Shown piece by piece: positions 40,432 through 48,520 of a stretch of 64,000 nucleotides of DNA. The first letter of the stretch is position 1; each line of letters opens with the position of its first letter. Origin of the DNA: Terriglobia bacterium (GTDB lineage: Bacteria > Acidobacteriota > Terriglobia > 20CM-2-55-15); contig CBDAOY010000009.1 in the NCBI GenBank assembly GCA_965198225.1, forward strand, positions 992,001 through 1,056,000, given 5' to 3'. A program made the position numbers and the translations under genes. Below the pieces are notes generated by a model. The model was not told where the DNA came from. It searched no databases and was given only the letters and a program-made list of their open reading frames with translations.

Positions 40432-41109
40432 TCAACCCGGCCTTCCCCGCCGTTTCGTCCGTACCCCGAGGTAAGCGAGCATCGAACGCGAGAGCTCCTC
40501 GGTGAGCTCCTCGTCGGATGATGGCTGCGGGTCGAGGATCGACTCCGGGAACAGTATACGGTCCCGCAGCGCGCTGAAAGCGAACCCGAAGGCCAGAGGG
40601 ACGGCTCGTTTGGGGTTGGGGTGGTGGATCTCGTAACGTCGCTGTTCGAGCAGCGAGAGCATCCCGGGCAGGAGTGCGCTCATCCGCGAGGTTCGCTCGT
40701 CGAAGGCCAGTGCGCGCCTCGTCCGGGTTCGGACTGCCAGCGCCCGGATCAGACCGCGATGGGCGCGATGGAAGGCGACGAGCGAACCGATCAAAGTCCG
40801 GACGAGGCTCTCGAGATCCCGCTCGGCCGATGGCGACTGCTCGACCCCGGTCAAGCGTTCAAAGGACGCGGTGATGTCGCGCGTGTACAACTCATCCAGG
40901 TAGTCCAGCAGTCCGTCCTTGTCGCTGAAGCGGGCGTAGAAGGAACCGACCGACGATTGTGCTCGCCTGGCCAACTCGTCCACCGAGATCTCATGCCAGT
41001 CCTTGGCCTCCAGCAGCTCTCGACCGGCGTGCGCAAGGCGGTTGAGAGTGGCCTGGCTACGGCCCTGGAGAGGAGGTCTGACTACACGATGTAAAGCAAT
41101 GTTTTCCAT
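40432..41109 (-). CDS. TetR/AcrR family regulator
   Basis: P.QGRSQAT and ISV.ELA.RA.SSVGSFY.RF.DK..L. Confidence 0.92.
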   Translation of the reverse strand: MENIALHRVVRPPLQGRSQATLNRLAHAGRELLEAKDWHEISVDELARRAQSSVGSFYARFSDKDGLLDYLDELYTRDITASFERLTGVEQSPSAERDLESLVRTLIGSLVAFHRAHRGLIRALAVRTRTRRALAFDERTSRMSALLPGMLSLLEQRRYEIHHPNPKRAVPLAFGFAFSALRDRILFPESILDPQPSSDEELTEELSRSMLAYLGVRTKRRGRPG

Positions 41110-41126
41110 AGTTTCAGTTCCGAATC

Positions 41127-41164
41127 AGAATTCTTATTCTATATTTGCTGGTCGGATCAGTCAA
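41127..41164 (-). promoter_or_regulatory. Sigma-70 promoter of the TetR gene with a palindromic operator
   Basis: Minus strand TTGACT (41164-41159), 17-nt spacer, TAGAAT (41141-41136). The palindrome AGAAT-TCTT-ATTCT (41127-41140) overlaps the -10. Confidence 0.65.
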
Positions 41165-41235
41165 ATGAGATTGCCAGCGCTTTTCTCACCATGATTGCCG
41201 TTGCGCGCTGGTAGTCTTTACCTCTGGTTAGGCGT

Positions 41236-41673
41236 ATGGCCGATAGGGATTTCGAACTCGAACAGCGATGCGAGGCGGAAATCGTAGAACTCCACCAGTT
41301 CTTCCAAGACTGGTTCAGCGTATCGGAAGAGTCTTCGACCGACTTCAATCGAGTGGCCGAGGTGCTCGCTGCCGATTTCACGATGGTGGGACCGGATGGT
41401 CGCCTGGTCGAAGCCGAGGAGCTACTGGCTGCCCTGCGTGAGGCACGCGGCTCCAAACCGGGGCTCCGTATATGGATCGATAGGGTGCGGGTTCTCCATC
41501 GTTCCGGAGACATGACGGTGGCGATGTATGAAGAACGTCAGAAGAACGACGGAGGAGAGAGTCGCCGCGTCAGCACCGTAGTCTTCCGCAGCGTTGAACA
41601 GAAACCCAATAGCCTGGAATGGTTGCACGTCCAGGAAAAGTGGCTGGAGCGGGGGGAGATTCGGGGACCGTAA
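41236..41673 (+). CDS. DUF4440/NTF2-like protein
   Basis: EIVELHQFF..WF, L..DF.MV.PDG, Y.E.Q, R.ST.VF and L.W.HVQE.W. Confidence 0.8.
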   Translation: MADRDFELEQRCEAEIVELHQFFQDWFSVSEESSTDFNRVAEVLAADFTMVGPDGRLVEAEELLAALREARGSKPGLRIWIDRVRVLHRSGDMTVAMYEERQKNDGGESRRVSTVVFRSVEQKPNSLEWLHVQEKWLERGEIRGP

Positions 41674-41736
41674 GCAACTTCTTCGCTCACTCGTGATCCG
41701 GCTACATGACCGGAGAAATTGCGCACCCTCCCTGAA

Positions 41737-43479
41737 TTATTGCCTCATCGCCTTTTCGATCCTTGCCCAAGTGTCCCGAAGCGTGACTGTCCGGTTGAAA
41801 ACCAGGGCCCCGGGCGACGAGTCGGGATCGAGGGCGAAATAGCCGAGCCTCTCGAACTGAAACCGTGCTCCGGCCTCCGCCGCCGAGAGAGAAGGTTCCA
41901 CCCGGCACCCCCTGCGAACATCCAGCGAGTCGGGATTCAGGTGGTCGGTAAGGTCCCCATCCTTGTTGTCGTCAGGGTTCTCCACCGTGAACAGACGATC
42001 GTAGAGCCGAACTTCAGCCTGAAGAGCATGGCTGGCGGATACCCAGTGCAATGTGCCCTTCACGCGCCGGCCGTCGGGAGCCGACCCGCCTCTAGTGTCC
42101 GGATCGTACCGGCAGCCCAGTTCGATGACTTCCCCAGTTTCCTCGTCTTTGACCACCCTTTCGCACGTGATCAGGTAGGCGTACCTCAATCGAACCTCTC
42201 GGCCCGGGGCGAGGCGAAAGAACTTCTTGGGTGGTTCTTCGCGAAAGTCATCGCGTTCAATGTAGAGCACCCGTGAGAACGGGACCTTCCGAGTTCCCAT
42301 GCTTTCATCCTCGGGGTTATTGATCGCGTCCAACTCCTCGGTCTGGTCCGCCGGATAGTTATCGATGACGACCCGAAGCGGGTTCAACACTCCCATCACG
42401 CGCGGGGCGCGGAGATTCAGATCCTCGCGGATCGCATGTTCCAGTTGGGCGACGCTAACCACGCTGTTTCGTTTGGCGACCCCGATTCGGTCACAGAAGT
42501 TTCGGATGGCGGTCGCGGTGAAACCTCTTCTGCGCATGCCGCTGATGGTCGGCATCCTCGGATCGTCCCATCCGTTGACATGGCCCTCCTGGACGAGCCT
42601 CAGCAACTTCCGCTTGCTCAAGACCGTGTAGTCCAGCTTGAGGCGTGCAAACTCGATCTGCTGGGGGTGGCAGGCCACCCCCGTCTCATCCAGGACCCAA
42701 TCGTACAAAGGACGCTGGTCCTCGAATTCCAGTGAGCAGAGCGAATGGGTAATGCCCTCTATCGAATCCGACAGGCAGTGGGTAAAGTCGTACATCGGGT
42801 AGATGCACCACTTGTCTCCGGTTCTGTAGTGAGTCGCATGTCGAATGCGGTAGAGCGTCGGGTCCCGCATGTTGATGTTGCCCGAAGCCATGTCGATTCT
42901 GGCGCGCAGGACATGGGTCCCGTCTTCGAACTTTCCGGCGCGCATGCGCTCGAACAGATCCAGGTTTTCCTCCACCGACCGATCGCGGTAGGGACTGTTT
43001 TCCCCGGGTTCGGTCAGTGTGCCCCGGTACCGCCGGATTTCATCCGCGCTCAGACTGTCGACGTACGCCTTGCCTTCTTCGATGAGCAGCACCGCGTACG
43101 CGTAGAGCTTCTCGTAGTAATCGGAGGCATAGTAGAGTCGATCCTCCCAGTCGAAACCCAACCACCGGATGTCGCGATTGATCGCCTCCTCGTATTCGAC
43201 ATCTTCCTTCGCCGGATTCGTGTCGTCGAAACGCAGGTTGCAGGTGCCGCCTTCATACTCCGAAGCGACTCCGAAATTGAGGCAGATCGCTTTGGCGTGC
43301 CCGATGTGGAGATAGCCATTGGGCTCGGGAGGAAAACGCGTCGCGACCCGGCTGCCGTTCTTGTTGCTAGCTACGTCTTCGGCGATACGCGTTCGGATGA
43401 AATCCAGGGGAGCTGACTTGCCGGACGCTGCCTCGGGGGCCGCGACTTCTGAACCGGAGTGTTTGGCCTCGTCGGGCAT
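41737..43479 (-). CDS. glnS: Glutamine--tRNA ligase
   Basis: [49 protein letters not shown] and FQFERLGYF. Start chosen at MPDEAK. Confidence 0.97.
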   Translation of the reverse strand: MPDEAKHSGSEVAAPEAASGKSAPLDFIRTRIAEDVASNKNGSRVATRFPPEPNGYLHIGHAKAICLNFGVASEYEGGTCNLRFDDTNPAKEDVEYEEAINRDIRWLGFDWEDRLYYASDYYEKLYAYAVLLIEEGKAYVDSLSADEIRRYRGTLTEPGENSPYRDRSVEENLDLFERMRAGKFEDGTHVLRARIDMASGNINMRDPTLYRIRHATHYRTGDKWCIYPMYDFTHCLSDSIEGITHSLCSLEFEDQRPLYDWVLDETGVACHPQQIEFARLKLDYTVLSKRKLLRLVQEGHVNGWDDPRMPTISGMRRRGFTATAIRNFCDRIGVAKRNSVVSVAQLEHAIREDLNLRAPRVMGVLNPLRVVIDNYPADQTEELDAINNPEDESMGTRKVPFSRVLYIERDDFREEPPKKFFRLAPGREVRLRYAYLITCERVVKDEETGEVIELGCRYDPDTRGGSAPDGRRVKGTLHWVSASHALQAEVRLYDRLFTVENPDDNKDGDLTDHLNPDSLDVRRGCRVEPSLSAAEAGARFQFERLGYFALDPDSSPGALVFNRTVTLRDTWARIEKAMRQ

Positions 43480-43590
43480 GGATTTGATCTTATCACTTCC
43501 CCTGATCGGCGCTCGGCTCGTTGCGTTCGACGGAACCTGCATCGAACCGGCGAAGGGTCTGGCTCAGTCAGGCAGCAAGTTAAGGATCGA

Positions 43591-43858
43591 GTGTAGGTGC
43601 GCTCTATGAAGCTGTGAACGTATGGGAACGGAAAATCGGGTGGCGGGGCTTTTCACGTGTAGGTGCGGTCTATGACCGCACAACTTGTGGTCCCGCGGGC
43701 ATTTGTGCGCTCATAGAGCGCACCTACACTTGAGGATCGCAGGTTCTTCATGAAAAGCTCCGCCACCCGATTCTCAAACAAATGGCATTCGTTTACAGCT
43801 TGTATGAGCGCACATCGTTTCGGCTCGAAGAAAGTTCGGTCATAGACCGCACCTACAC
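43591..43858. repeat. Nested REP cluster: outer GTAG-type doublet interrupted by a TIR element (43607-43802) that contains another doublet (43657-43729)
   Basis: TA at 43605-06 and 43803-04 flank the insert. TIRs are AAGCTGTGAACG/CGTTTACAGCTT. An inner 25-bp inverted repeat lies at 43631-43655 and 43751-43775. Confidence 0.75.
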
Positions 43859-43910
43859 CTCTGCCATCAGAGGGTCGGCCCGAAACGTCCTTTCTCGAAA
43901 AGCTGTTTGA

Positions 43911-44417
43911 CTACTGGACGCCGAAACTTCCAGTCAGGGTTGAGCTGCCCCACTGGATATTGATTTCGGCGAGGCCGGCCTTTTCCGACAGTTGGATCGT
44001 CAGCAGTTCTGCCGACTCGGCGGCCTCTCCTAGCGAAAGCGGCAACTCTGCAACATACCCGTCGTGTAAGGGCGGATCGCCCCAGACGCCGGTCGTCGGA
44101 TGGAAGGCCAGAATCCAGTCCTGGGCCCCGGTTTTCCTCGCCCACAGTGAGTAGCGGCCGGCCTTCAGCTGCGTCCCGCCGACAAGCAGCTCGCCGCTGG
44201 ATTCAATTTCGGTGGCCTGGTCAGCCCCGACGCGCCACACGGTGCCCACGCTCGCCATAGAAAGCACGTCGCGGCCGTACAGGCCCGGGCGGCCATAATC
44301 GACACGAAGGGTTTTCGCGTTGACGATTGCTTCGGTTGAATCACGATCGTTCTGAGCCACCGCGGGTAGGCTCAGGAACAGGGCCAGTGTCAGTGAAACG
44401 ATGATTTTCAGACGCAT
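43911..44417 (-). CDS. DUF2911 family secreted protein
   Basis: Signal peptide, VDYGRP, VWRVGAD.AT, AGRYSLW and I.W near the C-terminus. Confidence 0.85.
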   Translation of the reverse strand: MRLKIIVSLTLALFLSLPAVAQNDRDSTEAIVNAKTLRVDYGRPGLYGRDVLSMASVGTVWRVGADQATEIESSGELLVGGTQLKAGRYSLWARKTGAQDWILAFHPTTGVWGDPPLHDGYVAELPLSLGEAAESAELLTIQLSEKAGLAEINIQWGSSTLTGSFGVQ

Positions 44418-44494
44418 CTAAAACTCCTCCGGGCTGGTTGTCTCCAATAAAGCGTCCCACGAGCAAGGTCGGTCGGATTGTAACTTGCGCCACA

Positions 44495-45061
44495 TCACTG
44501 CTTCAGTGGCGGCGCCTTCGCCAGACCGTTTCGGTAGGAAAACAGCATAAGCTCGACTCGATCGGACACCTCGAGTTTGGAAAAAATGGAAGTGAGGTGG
44601 TGGCGGACCGTTGTCTCGCTGATGAAGAGACGCTCGGCCACGTCCTTGCTCTTGAGCCCCTCACCGACAAGACCGACAACCTCACGCTCTCGATCCGTCA
44701 GAGTCGCGATGCGGTCCATCTCCGGGTCTTTCTTGGTCTTTGGTGCCACAATGTCGGAGAGGACCTGGCCCATCATCGAGCGGTCCAGCCATGCGGAGCC
44801 GGTCAGGGCGATGATCCGCGATTCCGGCGCCGATTCCGCAAGTTCGGGAATCATCTTCAAGTCGCTATCTTCTCCGAGGTCCAGGTCGAGAAGGATGATG
44901 TCGGGCTGCTTTGCCGCGACGAGGGCGAGTGCCTCCTCCCGTGTTGCGGCCTCGCCGATCACCCTGAGGTCGTCGTGCTTTTCGATGATCAAGGTCAGAC
45001 CTGTGCGGACGACCGCATGATCATCCACAAGGACGACTCGGATCGCGCTCTCTTTTTCCAT
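44495..45061 (-). CDS. NarL/LuxR response regulator with an in-frame deletion in REC
   Basis: VLVDDH, LLDLDL and an intact LuxR HTH. IIALTG runs straight into SAWLD, so alpha4-beta5-alpha5, including the conserved Lys, is absent. Confidence 0.85.
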   Translation of the reverse strand: MEKESAIRVVLVDDHAVVRTGLTLIIEKHDDLRVIGEAATREEALALVAAKQPDIILLDLDLGEDSDLKMIPELAESAPESRIIALTGSAWLDRSMMGQVLSDIVAPKTKKDPEMDRIATLTDREREVVGLVGEGLKSKDVAERLFISETTVRHHLTSIFSKLEVSDRVELMLFSYRNGLAKAPPLKQ

Positions 45062-45180
45062 ACGATACGGCTTGGGCTACGACTGGAAAAACGAATCGAG
45101 AAGGAGATGATACAGGACGGGAAGTAAGGCGGCAATCGGGCAACGGCGGGGGCGAGCCTGCGCCATGGCTGTCCAAAACA

Positions 45181-45364
45181 GTGTGGGTGCGCTCTGTGAG
45201 CGGGACCATCCATTAGCGTCGGGCCCACCGTCCCCCTCGCGACGATGGTTTGAGCGTTCGAGCACCGATCGCAAAGCGTGGATTTGCAGAGAAAGACAGC
45301 TGGTCCGGTCCCCCCACGCCTTCCGTGAACCGAAACTGTGTGCGGTCATAGACCGCACCTACAC
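45181..45364. repeat. Extended GTAG-type REP doublet (about 185 bp)
   Basis: REP arms at both ends. The interior is an inverted homolog of 48336-48520. Confidence 0.8.
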
Positions 45365-45449
45365 CTCCGTTTGGACTTGGGTTCTCCAAAGTCCCGGTCT
45401 TTAAAAGAGGTAAACTGTCCAACCATTCCATAGCTTGGGTTCCCAGACC

Positions 45450-46171
45450 ATGAAACGCGCGGCGCGAATAGTACTGGCTTTCCTCATCATCAACCTCCCC
45501 GCCGGGGCGCAGGATGTCGTCCTGATCGGTGGCACCGGTTCAGCCGGTTTCGAGGCGAATGTGCGGATTCGCGACGGTCGAATCGCCGCGGTGGGTAGCT
45601 TCGAGCCGCGTTCGGACGATCGAGTCGTGGATGTCGGCGGTCTGGTTGTTTCTCCGGGGTTCGTCGACATCCATAATCATTCGGCTGGTGGTCTTGCCGA
45701 AGACCCGGCGGCGGCGTCACAAGTGGCTCAGGGAATCACCACGATGGCGCTCGGTCCCGACGTCGGCGGTCCGTTCGAGGTACGGGATTTCCTCGCTACG
45801 ATCGATGCCAATCCGTCGTCGGTGAACATATTGACGTTCGTCGGCCACGGTACCGTGAGGCGGCACGTCCTAGGAGACGACTACAGGAGGCAGGCCTCGG
45901 ATCAGGAACTCAACGCGATGGAGGATCTCGTCGTTGGTCCTCAGGAATCGGGGTTCTGGTGCCGAGCCGCGAGTTCGACGATCCCGACGTGGTTCGCAAA
46001 GGAATCGACGACGTCGGCGGTCCCGGTACCGTCCTGGTCACGCGATCCCAGGCGCACCCGGAATACAATTTCCGGACGCTCGAGGAGATCGCCGAAGATC
46101 GAGAAATGTCTGCAGTCGATCTGTTCATGGAGATCATGGAGGGGGACAGGGGTATAGCCCTGTCCCCGGGT
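45450..46171 (+). pseudogene. N-acyl-D-amino-acid deacylase-like amidohydrolase remnant
   Basis: Signal peptide, SPGFVDIHNHS, QGITT and GHGTVR. A short deletion near 45530, then a large deletion plus frameshift near 45933 (resumes at WSSGIGVLVP...TLEEIA). Truncated at the hairpin repeat 46141-46171. Confidence 0.8.
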
Positions 46172-46223
46172 CTTCACTGCGCAGAAAAGTTGGGGAAGGC
46201 TTCAACTGACAACTGACAACTGA

Positions 46224-47643
46224 CTACTTCTTCAATATCCCTTCCAACACCTCCAGACGACCATCAAATCTCCAAGCCGAGAATCTCCATGACCAGAGGG
46301 TAGACGTGAATGTTCTCGAAACTGGGAATGACACGCGAGCTGACCAGGTTTGGTCCCTTTGCAAAGAAGACGGCATGCATCTCCTCGTTCACGTACGGAT
46401 CGTAGCCGTGTGTCCCGCCGTTGAACTCGTGGGTATCTGTCCATGACAGAGGGTAGACGTGAACGAAACGCAGGCTGAGGTTTGGTCCCTTTGCAAAGAA
46501 GACGGCATGCATCTCCTCGTTCACGTACGGATCGTAGCCGTGTGTCCCGCCGTTGAACTCTATGTCGACCACGCGCAGGCTGATCGACCAGGGCAAGGCT
46601 GCTTCGATGAGAATGTCGCCTAGACGTGAGTTCCTGTTGTGCCAGCGGTCCGGAGTCTCCTCGCGTCGGTAGACCAGATAGTCGGCATCATTCGCCTCGA
46701 GTCCCTCGTAAATCTCCACGACGCGTTCGGCGTCTTCCACGTAGATGGAGCTTCGGGGACCGAACCCGACTACCTGGGCGCCGCGCAGGCTGACGTAGTC
46801 GTCCAGGTAGATCACTTTGTCCGGATCCTGGTCGACCATGCCGTGGTCGGACACGATGATCACGTTGACATCGATCGGGAGATCCTCGAGCCCATCCACA
46901 AGGAATCCAATTTCCGAATCGATCGCCCGGACCGCCTCCCGGAGGTCCGCCGAACTTGTCCCGCTGTCATGCCCGGCCGAGTCGACGAGGGAGAAATATA
47001 GAGTAATCATGTGCGGCCGTTCGGCCTCGGGCAGCGAGAGCCAATCGAGCACCGTCTCGACACGTTCACGATTCGGTACGGACTGGTTGTACTTCTCCAG
47101 ATATGTGGGGCGAACTCCCTGGATATCGGCCTCCGAACCAACCCAGAAGTAGCTTGCCGAGAGCATGCCCTGCTGCTCGGCCGCTACCCACAGGGGCGTT
47201 CCGCCGTACCATGATCCGTCCAGGATCGCCGAGGGATCGCGCAGGTAATACCGGTCCCCACGCGCCGGATCGGTGAAGTCGTTGGCGACGATCCCGTGGT
47301 TGCCGGGATACATGCCAGTGACAAGCGTGTACTGGTTCGGGAAGGTCACCGAAGGGTAGCTGGGTATCAGGCTCTCGGCGCGAACGCCCTCGTCGGCAAA
47401 GCGTCTGAAGTTGGGGGCGTCGAATATTTCGGTGTAATCGTGTCTGAAGCCGTCGATCGAGACCATGACCACATAGGGCCGGTCCTGCTGTTCGGCTGAG
47501 TTCTGTCCTTGAGTGGATGTCGATTGGGGCTCTGCCTGCGGTGGCGAACTACATGCGGTTCCCGTCCACACGAGAGCCAGCATGATTCCCGTTTTGAAGA
47601 GTCGTTTCAATGGATCTATCTCCAGGGCCTTCGGGCCAGCCAA
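46224..47643 (-). CDS. Alkaline-phosphatase-superfamily nucleotide pyrophosphatase/phosphodiesterase lipoprotein with a rearranged 3' end
   Basis: Lipobox GTAC, SIDGFR, PSVTFPN.Y..VTG, D..GH, SDHG and HGY. An 83-bp duplication lies at 46346-46428 and 46478-46560. The ORF stops at 46264, but the homologous tail DGRLEVLEGILKK ends at 46224 in another frame. Confidence 0.88.
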
Positions 47644-47834
47644 GCTTATTCGAGAATAAGATCGACGGTCAATGAGGGGAGTGGGCAGTAGTCACTTTGA
47701 TGGAGCCTGCCTGTTACTGATGACCACTGGACCGACCGCTCGGTTTGATCCTCCCACTCGATTTGATTATCGTGTGGTCTGCCTATTGGAGTTTCCTGGA
47801 AACAATAACTCCGTCCCGATTTAGGGAGCTATCG

Positions 47835-48335
47835 ATGAACAGTTTGCCTCGACTCCTGCTCCTGACGACCGTGACTCTGACGTTCTCGTCCTGCTCGATC
47901 GCTGTTGAGCCGGACCCACCTGCTGATCCAGTTCCAGACATCGAAGCCGACGTTCAGGCCATAAGGAACCTGCAGGAGCAGCTCACGCTGGCATACAACA
48001 CCGGCGACGCAGAGTTGCTGGCGTCACTCCATTCAACCGACGTGGTGCGGATGCCTCCCGGCGCTCCGGATGTCGTCGGCAGCGAAGCCGTCCTGGAAGG
48101 TAGTCGGCAGAGTTTCAGTCTCGCCGATGTCGAGCTGTCGAACGCCAGCGATGAAATCCTGGTGTCTGGCGATCTCGCGTTCGCCCGTGGTGTCGCAACG
48201 AGCACGAGCCTGCCCAAGGACGGCAGCGAAGGCGCCAGCTCCAGCACCCGATACCTCCACATCTACCAGCGGCAGGCTGACGGGGGTTGGTTGATATCGC
48301 GGGTTATCTTCAATGCATTTCAGAGTGATGAATAA
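47835..48335 (+). CDS. SnoaL/DUF4440 (NTF2-like) lipoprotein
   Basis: Lipobox FSSC, AYNTGDA, G..AV, SGDLAF and RQADG.W.I. SD GGGAG before ATG 47835. Confidence 0.85.
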   Translation: MNSLPRLLLLTTVTLTFSSCSIAVEPDPPADPVPDIEADVQAIRNLQEQLTLAYNTGDAELLASLHSTDVVRMPPGAPDVVGSEAVLEGSRQSFSLADVELSNASDEILVSGDLAFARGVATSTSLPKDGSEGASSSTRYLHIYQRQADGGWLISRVIFNAFQSDE

Positions 48336-48520
48336 GTGTAGGTGCGGTCTATGACCGCACACCGTTTCTAGTCGTGGATGGCGTGGGGGGACCGGACCAA
48401 CTGTCTTTCTCCACGGACCCGCGCCCAGCAATTCGGTCCGTGAACGTCCAGTCTTTCGCCGTGAGGGGGACGGTGGGCCCGACGCTAATAGATGGTTTCG
48501 CTCATAGAGCGCACCTACAC
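48336..48520. repeat. Extended GTAG-type REP doublet that fills the gap between two convergent stop codons
   Basis: GTGTAGGTGCGGTCTATGACCGCAC ... CGCTCATAGAGCGCACCTACAC, abutting TAA at 48335 and the minus-strand TAG at 48520. Confidence 0.85.
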
